Assembly: GCA_965203465.1 (NCBI GenBank) | Contig: CBDBCR010000002.1 | Coordinates: forward strand, 32,001 to 96,000 | Length of the DNA: 64,000 bases | From: Nitrosopumilaceae archaeon | GTDB lineage: Archaea > Thermoproteota > Nitrososphaeria > Nitrososphaerales > Nitrosopumilaceae | Direction: 5' to 3' | Shown here: positions 8,970 through 19,057 of the stretch, piece after piece | Numbering within the stretch: the first letter of the stretch is position 1 | Layout of the letters: each line of letters begins with the position of its first letter | Translations under genes and position numbers: made by a program | Notes under the pieces: generated by a model | What the model saw: the letters and a program-made list of their open reading frames with translations, nothing else | Told to the model about the DNA's origin: nothing | Database searches by the model: none

Positions 8970-11014
8970 ATGGACAGCACCGCGACGAACGCCGAGACGA
9001 AGACGATGGCGATGGTGTTGAGCAGCTTTATGACGGTGTTGAGCGCCGGGCCGGCCGTGTCCTTGTACGGGTCGCCTATGATGTCGCCGACCACTGCCAC
9101 CTTGTGCTCTTCGGATCCTTTCTGACCCCTCATCTCGACGAGCTTTTTGGCGTTGTCCCAGGCGCCGCCCGTGTTGGCGAGGTGGTAGGCCAGGAATATG
9201 CCGGTGACCACCGATCCCATCAGCAGGCCGGCGACCGCGGTGGGCCCTAGCAGCACGCCCAGCACGATGGGAGAGGCGATGGCGACTGCCGCCGACTTCC
9301 ACAGCTCCTTGATCGAGGCGACGGTGGCGATATCGACGCACATGGCGTAGTCGGGCTTTGAAGAGCCGTCCAGTATGCCGGGGTCGGCCTTGAACTGCCG
9401 CCGGACCTCGTCCACCATGCGGCCGGCGGCGCGCGAGACGCCGCCTATCAGCTGCCCTGTGATGATGAACGGCACCAAGCCGCCGACTAGCAGCCCGACG
9501 ACGACGGCCGGGTTGGTGAGGCTGTAGTCCAGCTCCATCAGCCCCTCGAAGACGTGGGCCGCCTCGAACTGGAACGCCTGTATCATGGCCAGGGCCGCAA
9601 GGGCCGCGCTGGCTATGGCGAAGCCCTTTGTGACGGCCTTTGTAGTGTTGCCGACCGCGTCTATCTCGTCGGTCACCTTGCGGTTCTCCTCGCCCATGCC
9701 GGTCATCTCGACGATGCCGCCGGCGTTGTCGGCGATGGGACCGAACGCGTCGATGCTCAGCACGATGCCGGCGAGGCTCAGCATCGCCATGGCAGTCAGC
9801 GACGTTCCCAGTATCCCGTACAGGACCGGATCCGCGCCGGGCACCGCGGTGCCGGCTGCCGCCGATATCGAAAACGAGACGATGATGGCCGCCACCAGGG
9901 CGATCATGAACGGGCCCGTCGACTGGAGGCCCTTTATGATGCCGGCGAGCGTCAGCGAGGCGTACCCCCACTTTGCGGCCTCTGCTATCTGCTTTACGGG
10001 CCCGTACTTGTAGCTGGTGTACCTGTCGGTTATCTTTTGTATCACGGGGACCAGCGCCACGCCTATGACCGTCGAGCCGAACAGCGCCGTGGCCACCGGG
10101 GTAGATCCGAGCAGGTGCTGCGTGAGGGCAAAGTTGAGCCCGACGGCTATGGCAGCCGAGACGTAAAAGGATCTGTTGAGCGGGGCCATCACGTCGGTCA
10201 CGCCGCGCGCCCTGACCACGGCCACCCCTATTATGGAGGCTATCATGCCGGCGGCGCCCACCATTATCGGGTACATGAACAGCTCGGGCGCCCCGATCAG
10301 GGCCACTATGAGCAGCGAGGCCAGTATGGTCACGATGTACGACTCGTAGACGTCCGAGCCCATGCCGGCCGCGTCGCCCACGTTGTCGCCCACATTGTCT
10401 GCGATGGTGGCGGGGTTGCGCGGATCGTCTTCGGGTATGTTGGCCTCGACCTTGCCGACTAGGTCGGCTCCCATGTCGGCCGCTTTGGTGAATATGCCGC
10501 CGCCTATCCTGATGAACAGGGCTATGAGGCTCGCGCCTATCCCTACGCCGGCTATGGCTATCGGATCCTGGTATATCATGTACAGCACGGTTATGGCCAG
10601 CAGCGCCATGGCCGGCACGGCCAGGCCGACGGTCGCCCCGCCGCGGAACGCCATGGCGAAGGTGGCGCCCAGCCCGCTGCCGCTCAGGTTGGCCGCGCGC
10701 ACCGCCGCCTTTACCGTTATCTTTAGCGATATGAGGCCTGCCACCGCAGAGAGGGCCGCGCCCACGGCAAAGGCCACGCCGTTGGAGGGCTGCAGCAAAG
10801 CCCCGATGACGGCGGCGAGCCCCACGGAGACGGGCACTATTATCTTCATCTCGCGGCGCAGGAACGCGGCGGCCCCCACGCGCACCGCCTCGGATATCTC
10901 CTGCATGGCAGCGGTGCCTGGGCTCTGCTTCGATATCCAAATGGCCAGCGCGGCCGCGACGGCGAACGAGGCCGCGGCGGCGGCTATGGGCAGCACTTGC
11001 GCAAGATAATCCAT
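8966..11014 (-). CDS. hppA: Membrane H+-translocating pyrophosphatase, K+-independent type
   Basis: DMGADLVGKVE, DNVGDNVGD, GNTTKA (Lys variant), GGAWDNAKK. Confidence 0.96.
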   Translation of the reverse strand: MDYLAQVLPIAAAAASFAVAAALAIWISKQSPGTAAMQEISEAVRVGAAAFLRREMKIIVPVSVGLAAVIGALLQPSNGVAFAVGAALSAVAGLISLKITVKAAVRAANLSGSGLGATFAMAFRGGATVGLAVPAMALLAITVLYMIYQDPIAIAGVGIGASLIALFIRIGGGIFTKAADMGADLVGKVEANIPEDDPRNPATIADNVGDNVGDAAGMGSDVYESYIVTILASLLIVALIGAPELFMYPIMVGAAGMIASIIGVAVVRARGVTDVMAPLNRSFYVSAAIAVGLNFALTQHLLGSTPVATALFGSTVIGVALVPVIQKITDRYTSYKYGPVKQIAEAAKWGYASLTLAGIIKGLQSTGPFMIALVAAIIVSFSISAAAGTAVPGADPVLYGILGTSLTAMAMLSLAGIVLSIDAFGPIADNAGGIVEMTGMGEENRKVTDEIDAVGNTTKAVTKGFAIASAALAALAMIQAFQFEAAHVFEGLMELDYSLTNPAVVVGLLVGGLVPFIITGQLIGGVSRAAGRMVDEVRRQFKADPGILDGSSKPDYAMCVDIATVASIKELWKSAAVAIASPIVLGVLLGPTAVAGLLMGSVVTGIFLAYHLANTGGAWDNAKKLVEMRGQKGSEEHKVAVVGDIIGDPYKDTAGPALNTVIKLLNTIAIVFVSAFVAVLSI

Positions 11015-11151
11015 CCTACGCGCGCGCCGCCCGGCACTTGAAATATAAATCAAGGGCGGGGCGGGCCGATTCATTCGGCCTGCAAGGCCCGCCCGCGCCG
11101 GGAGGCGCGGCCCGCCGCGAGGCCGGCGGGTGCGAACCGGAAGCCGCACGC

Positions 11152-11542
11152 GGCCGCTATCAACTAGCGGCAGGCCAGCCGGGGCGCCAGCTTGGAGGCA
11201 CCAAAAACCCACCATGAATGACCGCTAGTAACTAGTAGTCATTCAGTACAGGCGGGGCTGATGACCGCTGGCAACTAGCGGCAGACCCGCCTAGCGCCGG
11301 CACGCAGGCGCCAAAAACCCACCATGAATGACCGCTAGTAACTAGCGGTCATGCCGTACCGGGCGGGGCCGACGGCGGCCGGCAACTAGCGGCGGGCCGC
11401 GGCGGGGGCCGGCCTGCAGGCGCGGAAAAGCCGCCCAAATGACCGCTAGTAACTAGCGGTCATTCAGTACGGGGCGGACGCAATTTGTCGCGGAAAACAG
11501 GTCAAGATTATATGAGTATGACCGCTAGTAACTAGTGGTCAT
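11152..11542. repeat. Array of 25-bp palindromes ATGACCGCTAGT-A-ACTAGCGGTCAT in three ~110-bp tandem units plus a promoter copy
   Basis: Strong copies 11218-11242, 11328-11352, 11439-11463, 11518-11542; degenerate copies near 11152, 11261, 11374. Confidence 0.95.
11506..11542 (+). promoter_or_regulatory. TATA box followed by palindromic operator overlapping the ATPase start
   Basis: TTATAT 11508-11513, palindrome 11518-11542, ATG 11541. Confidence 0.7.
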
Positions 11543-12683
11543 GTTTAGTTCCAGACCGAGGGACGACGTTCGTGCCCTCTTTGGCAGAAGCGACGAAATC
11601 CGCCGCCTGCGCTCCGTCATACAGAACAACGATCCGCTGGTGGTGATAACCGGCCTGCGGAGAACCGGCAAGACATCGCTGCTCTGCTCCGTTTTGGCAG
11701 AGCGTCAAGAGAGCGTCGTACGGCTGGACATGCGTAGCCTGGAAAGAAAGCGCCAAGCTACGAAGGAGGAGATCGCCGGCCTGCTGGCCGCCGGCGTCTC
11801 GGTGTTTCTCCGGCGCAACGCATCTAGCAGGGACAAGATTCTTGACACGCTGCGGACAGTCCGCGGCATACGGATAGCCGGGACCGGAATAGATTTGGGA
11901 CGGCAGGAGAAAAAAAAGTTGGATATGGCGGGGCTTTTCAGGCACTTGGATCTGTGGGCAGAGGACAACGGCACAAACATCGCGGTCTCGATAGACGAGG
12001 CTCAAGAGCTTGGCAAAGCAAGACACCTCAACATAAACGGCATGCTTGCGTCGGTCTACGACAACTGCAAAAACACCATGCTGGTGCTTGCGGGATCCGA
12101 GATCGGTCTGCTGCACAAATTTCTGGCCCTCGACGATCCGAGATCGCCGCTGTTCGGGAGGCACGTGCAATTCATAGATTTGAAGCCTCTGTCCGCACGC
12201 CAGAGCTCTGAATTCCTGAGGGCCGGTTTCGAAGAACTCGGAACAAGCCTGGACAAGAGCGCAGAGGACGCGATACAATCCGCCGCCTCGGAGCTGGGCG
12301 GAGTGATGGGATGGCTGAACCGGTTCGGCCTCGAGTGCGTAAAGACCGGAACCGTGGGCGCGGCCGAACTGAGATCCGTAAGGGCTGCCGGCTCCAAGCT
12401 CGCAAAGGACGAATTCGAGCGGTTCCTGTCCACGCGCACGGCAAGCGGCAGGTACGAGTCGATAATGAAGGGGCTGTGGCCGGAAGGATCGAACTGGCGC
12501 GCCCTCCGCAATTTCGTGCACCTCGATCTGGACAAAAAGATACACGACAAGAACTTTTGCGATCTGCTCGCGGTGCTGATAGACACCGGATTCGTAGCAA
12601 AGAAAGACGGCATGTACTACATCCCCGATCCGCTCCTGAGGCACGCCTACCGGCGCACCGGCAGGCGCGCGCGCCGATCCTAG
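11541..12683 (+). CDS. Archaeal P-loop ATPase (COG1672-like) with C-terminal winged helix
   Basis: LFGRSDE, GLRRTGKTS Walker A, SIDEAQ Walker B, GSEIG, PLFGR, C-terminal YYIPDPLL. Confidence 0.9.
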   Translation: MFSSRPRDDVRALFGRSDEIRRLRSVIQNNDPLVVITGLRRTGKTSLLCSVLAERQESVVRLDMRSLERKRQATKEEIAGLLAAGVSVFLRRNASSRDKILDTLRTVRGIRIAGTGIDLGRQEKKKLDMAGLFRHLDLWAEDNGTNIAVSIDEAQELGKARHLNINGMLASVYDNCKNTMLVLAGSEIGLLHKFLALDDPRSPLFGRHVQFIDLKPLSARQSSEFLRAGFEELGTSLDKSAEDAIQSAASELGGVMGWLNRFGLECVKTGTVGAAELRSVRAAGSKLAKDEFERFLSTRTASGRYESIMKGLWPEGSNWRALRNFVHLDLDKKIHDKNFCDLLAVLIDTGFVAKKDGMYYIPDPLLRHAYRRTGRRARRS

Positions 12684-13051
12684 GCGGCCTTTCTGCGCCT
12701 CCTGTACGGGGCGAAGCGGCCCCCGCGCATGGCGCGCCTTACCAGCGAGTTGAACCTCTTGCCGTGCGACAGGTACGGGAACCTCATGTGGACCATCTCG
12801 TGCGCGACGGTCTTTTCAAGCTCCGCCTCGTCGGGTATCTTGCGCACGTTGACGAATATCGTGTTGTGCCGCAGGTAAGAGACCCCGTAGTACTTGTACG
12901 CCGATGTCCTGCGGCCCGCGGTGTGCTCGCGCGGGGCCTCGAGCACCTCCTTCTGGGTCATCAGCACGAGCGGCTCCCGCACGGAGAGGCGCGCGGCGTA
13001 CACGCCGGCCATCTCGAGCACGCGCACGCGCAGGGCCGGGTCGAGCTTCAC
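12680..13051 (-). CDS. Small HExxH zincin-like protein
   Basis: TVAHEMVH...SHGKRF. Confidence 0.75.
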   Translation of the reverse strand: MKLDPALRVRVLEMAGVYAARLSVREPLVLMTQKEVLEAPREHTAGRRTSAYKYYGVSYLRHNTIFVNVRKIPDEAELEKTVAHEMVHMRFPYLSHGKRFNSLVRRAMRGGRFAPYRRRRKAA

Positions 13052-13113
13052 GCACGTCGCTCGCCGAAAACGGCTTTAACCCTGGGGTCAGTCGCGTTGG
13101 ATGAAATCACGCA

Positions 13114-13632
13114 TCATACAGCCACCTTTTCATCATTCCCCGCCCGCATGCCGTCCATTATCTTTTGTGTCTTGCGCCGCACCCCCGCGTCCACCCGGAC
13201 GGCCACCATGCCATCGCCGGGCTGCCCGTAAAAGAGCGAGGCGCCGTCGGGCGCAAGCGCGCAGGCCGGCAGGGCCAGCAGGTCCTCCTCGCCTTCCACC
13301 AGTATCCGGACCGGCGCCTCGGACAAGAGCCCCTCGCGCACCGCCGCCACCGCTTCGTCCGAGAGCGTGCCGGCCGGGTTGCAGCACCTCTTTTGGACAG
13401 TCCCGGGGGGCAGCGGGGGCGGCGCCCTGGCGCCCCTCCGCTCGGCCCCGTCGACGATCTGCAGGCGTACGGGAACCTGCCACCCGAGCAGCCTCTCGGT
13501 GGTGCGGTCGCCCACCGTTATCGCGGGTGCAGAGACCTTGGACAGGACGAGCTTGCGCGTTATGGACGGCTCGGGCATCAGGCATCCGAGCGGCTCTTTG
13601 AGGGCCGCCCTCATGCGCCCGGGCAGCCTCAC
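13114..13632 (-). CDS. GTP-dependent dephospho-CoA kinase (DUF359)
   Basis: LKEPLG, TVGDRTT, NPAG, VEGEEDLLALP, YGQPGDG. Confidence 0.9.
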   Translation of the reverse strand: MRLPGRMRAALKEPLGCLMPEPSITRKLVLSKVSAPAITVGDRTTERLLGWQVPVRLQIVDGAERRGARAPPPLPPGTVQKRCCNPAGTLSDEAVAAVREGLLSEAPVRILVEGEEDLLALPACALAPDGASLFYGQPGDGMVAVRVDAGVRRKTQKIMDGMRAGNDEKVAV

Positions 13633-14708
13633 GCCTGCGTCTCCGGAGCCTCGGCCCGCAGCTTGGCGGCCAGTATGCTGCACTGAGCGGCTATGTTCTT
13701 GGCCGACGATTCAAAGGCGGCCGCGCTGGGCGAACCCGGATCCGAGATCATGATCGGCCTGCCCTCGTCGGAGCCGGACATTATGGAAGAGTTGAGCGGT
13801 ATGGAGCCCAGCAGCGGCATGCTGAAGCTTTGGCTGATGCGCTCGGCGCCCCCGCCCCCGAAGACGCGGTGCTCGGACCTGCAGTCGGGGCACACGAAAT
13901 GGCTCATGTTCTCCACCACGCCCAGGAGCGGGATGTTGAGCTTTTGGAACATGCCGATGGCCTTGGACGCCACGTTGCTTGCCACCTCCTGCGGCGTGGT
14001 GACCACGAGTATGCCGGTTATCGGTATGGTCTGGGCCAGCGTCAGGGGTATGTCGCCGGTTCCAGGCGGCAGGTCCACTATGAGGTAGTCCAGGTCCGAC
14101 CAGTTCGTGTCCACCAGGAACTGGCGCAGTATGCCGGAGATTATCGGGCCCCTGTATATGGCCGCCTGGTGGGACTGCTCGGCGAAGAACCCGAACGAGA
14201 CGACCCTCATGCCCTCGTGGATCGCCGGCTGAAGCTTGTTGTCCTCGACCTCCATGTGGGCGTCCTTCATGCCCAGCATCAGCGGTATGCTCGGCCCGTA
14301 AATGTCCGCGTCCAAGAGCCCCACCTTGGCGCCGCTCTTGGTCAGGGCCAGCGCCAAGTTGAGCGCGACCGTCGACTTGCCCACGCCGCCCTTGCCGCTT
14401 GCCACCCCTATGATGTTCTTGACCGTCGCCATGCCGGCGTCGTCCTCGAGCGAGCGGCCTTCCATGACCTTGGCCGTCACGTTCAGGTCCAGGGCGTCGA
14501 CGCCTTCCAGCTCGCCGACGGCCCTGCGCACGTCCTCTTCTATCTCGGCGTTGAACGGGCAGGCAGGCGTGGTCAGCTCCAGGGTGAATTTCAGGCTGCC
14601 CCCGTCCACCTCGAGGTCCTTTATCATGCCCATGGACACGATGTCCTTTTTCAGGTCGGGGTCTATGACCGTGGCCAGCTTTTCGAGCACCTGATCGACG
14701 CCGACCAT
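13629..14708 (-). CDS. apbC: Fe-S cluster carrier ATPase Mrp/NBP35
   Basis: LTTPACP, GKGGVGKS, DLPPGTGD, ENMS..CPDC. Confidence 0.95.
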   Translation of the reverse strand: MVGVDQVLEKLATVIDPDLKKDIVSMGMIKDLEVDGGSLKFTLELTTPACPFNAEIEEDVRRAVGELEGVDALDLNVTAKVMEGRSLEDDAGMATVKNIIGVASGKGGVGKSTVALNLALALTKSGAKVGLLDADIYGPSIPLMLGMKDAHMEVEDNKLQPAIHEGMRVVSFGFFAEQSHQAAIYRGPIISGILRQFLVDTNWSDLDYLIVDLPPGTGDIPLTLAQTIPITGILVVTTPQEVASNVASKAIGMFQKLNIPLLGVVENMSHFVCPDCRSEHRVFGGGGAERISQSFSMPLLGSIPLNSSIMSGSDEGRPIMISDPGSPSAAAFESSAKNIAAQCSILAAKLRAEAPETQA

Positions 14709-14805
14709 GGGCGCGGGGGCCGCCGCGTCTTATTTATAGCTAGATTGGGGCCTTGGAAAGGGGGCGGCAAACGTTCATAAATTGACCGGCGGGGCCGCGC
14801 GACGG

Positions 14806-15363
14806 TTGTTTTCAATATCCACCCTAGTGGACGTGGTGCGGATACCTCCGAACCTGTTCGGCAAGACCCTCCGCAAGGCGGCCATCAGCATACTGAAGGA
14901 AAAGTACGAGAGCGCCATAAACTCCGACCTCGGCTACATCATCATGATAATGGACGCAAAAGTCGACGAGATGGGCCGCATGATAGCCGGCGACGGCGGC
15001 ACGCACCACCGCGTCGAGTTCAACGCCCTGACGTTCTACCCGAAACTGCAGGAGATCATCCGAGGAGAGATCGTGGACATAACCGACTTTGGGGCCTTCG
15101 TCCGGATAGGGCCGGCCGACGCGTTGCTCCACCTCTCGCAGGTGATGGACGACTATCTCAAGAGCGACGTAAAGTCTGGCATGATAGTCGCCAACCAGAG
15201 CGGCCGCACGCTGAAGGTGGGCTCTACGCTGCGCGCGCGCATAACGGCGGTCTCGCTCGGCAAGGGCTCCACGATGGGCAAGATAGGCATAACGTGCAGG
15301 CAGCCGTTTCTGGGCGCCGACGAGTGGATACAGGAAGAGACTAGCAAAAAGGAGGCCGAATAG
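14806..15363 (+). CDS. rpo7: RNA polymerase subunit Rpo7 (E')
   Basis: DVVRIPP, FGAFVRIGP, TCRQPFLG. Confidence 0.96.
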   Translation: MFSISTLVDVVRIPPNLFGKTLRKAAISILKEKYESAINSDLGYIIMIMDAKVDEMGRMIAGDGGTHHRVEFNALTFYPKLQEIIRGEIVDITDFGAFVRIGPADALLHLSQVMDDYLKSDVKSGMIVANQSGRTLKVGSTLRARITAVSLGKGSTMGKIGITCRQPFLGADEWIQEETSKKEAE

Positions 15364-15364
15364 G

Positions 15365-15550
15365 ATGCGCGAGATGGCGTGCCGCAAGTGCAAGCACGTG
15401 ACGACCGGCAAGGTCTGCCCAAAGTGCAGGTCGTCCGATCTCACGCCTGACTGGACCGGCATAGTGCTAGTCGTGGAGCCGGATCACTCGCAGATAGCGC
15501 GCACGCTCGGCATAACAAAGGACGGCAAATACGCCCTGAAAGTGACATGA
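15365..15550 (+). CDS. spt4: Transcription elongation factor Spt4
   Basis: ACRKC...CPKC, WTG, GKYALKV. Confidence 0.96.
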   Translation: MREMACRKCKHVTTGKVCPKCRSSDLTPDWTGIVLVVEPDHSQIARTLGITKDGKYALKVT

Positions 15551-16350
15551 CGCCGGCCCGGCAGCTCGAGCGGTTCCTGGCCGAGGACGCCGGCCGCGGC
15601 GACGTGACCGGCGCGCTGGTTCCGCGCGGCCGCGCGCGCGCCCGAATAATCTCGCGCGAGGCCTGCACGGTCTCGGGGACGCGGCACGCGCGATCCCTGT
15701 TCGCTCTGCGCCGGTGCTCGTCTTCTGCCCGCGTCCGGGACGGGGCGCGCGCGGGGCCCGGCTCCGAGATCATGCGGGTGTCGGGCGAGGCGCGCGACAT
15801 ACTGGCCTGCGAGCGCACCGCGCTCAACCTTCTGTCGCGCATGTGCGGAATAGCCACGGGGGCGCGGCGCATGAAGTCCCTGATGCCGCGCTCGGTGCAG
15901 CTGCTCGCCACGCGCAAGACCGCGCCGGGCCTGAGGCACTTTGACAAGGAGGCGGTGGTGGCCGGCGGGGGCGGCGCGCACCGGATGGACCTGTGCGACG
16001 GCGTGCTCATAAAGGACAACCACATCGCGGCCGGCCCGCCCGTGGAGCACATGGTGCGACGCGTGCGCGGGCGGGCGCAGGTCGAGGTCGAATCCGTCTC
16101 CGAGGCCGTCAGGGCGGCAGAGGCGGGCGCGCGCGCACTGCTCATAGACAACCGCACGCCGGGGCAGGCCTCCCGCATAGTGCGCAGGCTCTCGGAGCTG
16201 GGCCTGCGCCGCGGCCTGTTCATCGAGGCCTCCGGGGGCATCACGGAGCGCAACGTGGCGCGGTACTCGCGCTCGGGCGTGGACGCGGTGTCGTCTGGCG
16301 CGCTGACCGCCTCTGCCAAATCGGCCGACCTGAGCCTCGAGATGTACTGA
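15547..16350 (+). CDS. nadC: Quinolinate phosphoribosyltransferase
   Basis: ATRKTAPG, HRMDL, LIKDNH, EASGGIT. Confidence 0.95.
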   Translation: MTPARQLERFLAEDAGRGDVTGALVPRGRARARIISREACTVSGTRHARSLFALRRCSSSARVRDGARAGPGSEIMRVSGEARDILACERTALNLLSRMCGIATGARRMKSLMPRSVQLLATRKTAPGLRHFDKEAVVAGGGGAHRMDLCDGVLIKDNHIAAGPPVEHMVRRVRGRAQVEVESVSEAVRAAEAGARALLIDNRTPGQASRIVRRLSELGLRRGLFIEASGGITERNVARYSRSGVDAVSSGALTASAKSADLSLEMY

Positions 16351-16478
16351 GCCATCTTCTGCCCGCGGCAGGCTGGGCGCCCCGGCGGCCTTTGCCGCGC
16401 GCCCGCGCCGCCTTTGCCACGTGGCCGTCTTTTGGGCTCCGCGCAACCTTTATTCGGCCGCCGAATATGCCGGGTGCC

Positions 16479-17693
16479 GTGTCTTTCGAGCGCGAAGTGG
16501 AGCTGGAGGGGCACCTGGTAGACTCGCTGATACTGACGCGCGTGTTCGAGGCCATAATCGAGGCCGGCGCCGACTTTGAGGTGCGCGAAATACGGATAGG
16601 CAGGCGCAAGTCCGACCCTTCGTACGCGCGCCTGTCGGTGCGCGCCGGCACGCGCGAAAAGCTCGACGGCATCATATACGCGGTCTCGCGCGAGGGCGCC
16701 GTCCCGTCGGATCACGGCGAGGCGGCCTTGGAGCCGGCCCCCCGCGACATGGTGCTGCCGGACGGGTTTTACAGCACCACCAACAACCGCACCTACGTCT
16801 TCGTGCGCGGACGTTGGCTGGAGGTGAAGGACATGATGATGGACAAGTGCGTGGTGGTCTCGGGGCGCCGGGCCAGGTGCGCGCCCATACGCGAAGTGCG
16901 CCGGGGCGACATGGTGGTGGTAGGCGAGGCGGGCGTGCGCGTCTCGCCGCCCGAAAGGCCGCGCGAGGCCGGCGGGGTGTTCGAGTTCATGTCCAGCAGC
17001 AGCTCCAGCGAGCGGCCCACGCGCCGGCTGGCGGCCAGGGTCGCGCGCGACATGGCCGAGATCGCGCGCGCCGGCGGGCGCATAGTGCTCGTCGGGGGCC
17101 CGGCCATAGTGCACACGGGGGCCGCCCCCTGCGTGGCCTCGATGGTGAAATCGGGCTACATACACGGGGTGCTGGCCGGCAACGCGCTGGCGGTCCACGA
17201 TGTCGAGCGCGCCCTCATGGGGACCTCGCTCGGCATGAACGTGCTGGACGGCACGCTGGCCCCGCACGGCCACCGCCACCACATGTACGCCATAAACGAG
17301 GTGTTCCGGGCGGGCTCCATACCGAAACTGGTTCGCTCGGGAAAGCTGCGCTCCGGAATAATGTACGAGTGCGTGCGCAAAAAGGTGCCATTCGTGCTGG
17401 CCCCCTCGATAAGGGACGACGGGCCGCTTCCCGACGTCGTGACGGAGATAACAGAGGCGCAGCGCCGCTACAAAAAGGTGCTAAAGGGCGCCTCGATGGT
17501 GCTGATGGTCTCGACGATGCTCCATTCCATAGCGGTCGGCAACATGATCCCGGCCGATGTCAAGGTGGTGGTCATAGACATCAACCAGCCCACGGTCACG
17601 AAGCTGATGGACCGGGGCACGTGGCAGGCGCTCGGCGTGGTCACCGACGCGGGCGCGTTCTTGCCGGCCGTCGCAGAAGAGCTCGGCTGCTAG
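16479..17693 (+). CDS. TIGR00300 family protein (LOR/SDH-like, ornithine cyclodeaminase-like)
   Basis: GHLVDS, FYSTTN, GNALAVHD, MLHSIAVGN. Confidence 0.9.
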   Translation: MSFEREVELEGHLVDSLILTRVFEAIIEAGADFEVREIRIGRRKSDPSYARLSVRAGTREKLDGIIYAVSREGAVPSDHGEAALEPAPRDMVLPDGFYSTTNNRTYVFVRGRWLEVKDMMMDKCVVVSGRRARCAPIREVRRGDMVVVGEAGVRVSPPERPREAGGVFEFMSSSSSSERPTRRLAARVARDMAEIARAGGRIVLVGGPAIVHTGAAPCVASMVKSGYIHGVLAGNALAVHDVERALMGTSLGMNVLDGTLAPHGHRHHMYAINEVFRAGSIPKLVRSGKLRSGIMYECVRKKVPFVLAPSIRDDGPLPDVVTEITEAQRRYKKVLKGASMVLMVSTMLHSIAVGNMIPADVKVVVIDINQPTVTKLMDRGTWQALGVVTDAGAFLPAVAEELGC

Positions 17694-19057
17694 AGTGAGC
17701 GGCGCAGGATTTCCAGCACCCTGGCCGGATCTGCCCTGCCGCCGCACCCCGACATGACCTTGCCGACCAGGTAGTTTACCGCCTTTGGGTTTTTGCGCGC
17801 CTCCTCGAGCGCCCCCGGCTCGCTTTCCAGGACGCGGCGCACGGCCTCCTCGGTCTCGGAGGCGCCCATGCCGCCAAGCTCCATCCTGGCCGAGATCTGC
17901 TCTAGGCTCTGGCCCGTCCTGGCGGACTCTTGGAGGGCCGTGCGGGCGGCCGAGCGCGTCATCGTCCCGTCCAGCACCGCGCCGGCTATCCTGGCCAGGT
18001 TGGCCGCGCCGATGCAGCTGCGCGAGCCGGCCACATCGGTGGCCACCATGTTGGCAAGCTCTACGTCTATGCGCCCGTCGCGCGCCTCGTCGAACAGGCG
18101 CGAGCGGCGCGGGTCGGTCGCTATGACGTCGGCCACCTGCGCCGAGATCCCGTAGCCGAGGTACCTCTTCCGCCTCTGGGAGACGCCCTCGGGCATCCGG
18201 CCGCGTATCTCATCGACGGCCCCCGCGGGCAGCGCTATCCACGGAATGTCGCCCTCCAGAAAGTAACGATAGTCCCCTTCGCCTTCCTTGGCGCGCGAGG
18301 GGACCGTCACCCTGCGGCGCTCGTCCCAGTGGCGCGTCTCTTGGACTATCTCCATGCCGCGCGAGGCCAGGCTCTCCTGGCGGGTGATCTCGTACTCTAG
18401 CGCCTTTTCCAAGTCGTGGAAGGAACTCACGTTCTTCACCTCCACGCGCGCGTCCGAGACAGAGACGTTGCCGTCTGCGCGCACGGCCCCCTCCATGCCG
18501 GGCTCGGATATGTTCAGGTTTTCGAGCGTGTCCGAGAGCATGTTCAGAAAGGCGCGCACGCGCGCCGGCCCGTCAAAGTCCGGCTCCGTGACTATCTCCA
18601 CCAGGGCGGTGCCGGCCCTGTTGTAGTCTGCCAGCGTCATGGCCGTCCTCTCCGAGGCGCCCTCGTACACCAGCCTGCCCGGATCTTCCTCGAGCTGGAC
18701 GCGCCGTATGCGTATGTCCGAATCACCGACCCGGACGGTGCCGCCGGACCCGACGCTGGTCTGGCCGTACGCGTCAAGCTGGGTTATCTGGTAGTTTTTG
18801 GGCAGATCGGGGTAAAAGTAGTTCTTGCGGAAGAACGCGATGCGCGGCGGAACGGAGCAGCCCATCGCCGAGGCCACCGAGACCGCCGCGCGCACGGCGC
18901 CGGCGTTGGGCATCGGGAGGGCGCCGGGCAGGCCCAAGCAGACGGGGCAGACGTTGGTGTTGGGAGCCATGCCGCGGTAGTCTGCCCTGCACGGGCAGAA
19001 CAGCTTGCTGTTGAGCAGGGCAAGCTGGCAGTGTATCTCCAGGCCTATGCGGCTCAT
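17690..19057 (-). CDS. gatB: Asp/Glu-tRNA amidotransferase subunit B
   Basis: IGLEIHCQL, RKNYFYPDLPK, YNRAG..LVEIVTEPD. Confidence 0.97.
   Translation of the reverse strand: MSRIGLEIHCQLALLNSKLFCPCRADYRGMAPNTNVCPVCLGLPGALPMPNAGAVRAAVSVASAMGCSVPPRIAFFRKNYFYPDLPKNYQITQLDAYGQTSVGSGGTVRVGDSDIRIRRVQLEEDPGRLVYEGASERTAMTLADYNRAGTALVEIVTEPDFDGPARVRAFLNMLSDTLENLNISEPGMEGAVRADGNVSVSDARVEVKNVSSFHDLEKALEYEITRQESLASRGMEIVQETRHWDERRRVTVPSRAKEGEGDYRYFLEGDIPWIALPAGAVDEIRGRMPEGVSQRRKRYLGYGISAQVADVIATDPRRSRLFDEARDGRIDVELANMVATDVAGSRSCIGAANLARIAGAVLDGTMTRSAARTALQESARTGQSLEQISARMELGGMGASETEEAVRRVLESEPGALEEARKNPKAVNYLVGKVMSGCGGRADPARVLEILRRSL

Noticed and set aside
7839-10940. 1033-aa ORF in the track
   Set aside because: Off-frame shadow of hppA running into the real methyltransferase, which starts at 8489
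11152-11542. CRISPR array interpretation of the palindromic repeats
   Set aside because: The intervening sequences are homologous to each other and irregular in length, and there are no cas genes in the window
11541-12683. Orc1/Cdc6 with ORB boxes
   Set aside because: Motifs fit COG1672-type ATPases (GxRRxGKTS, PLFGR) and the repeats lack the ORB G-string consensus
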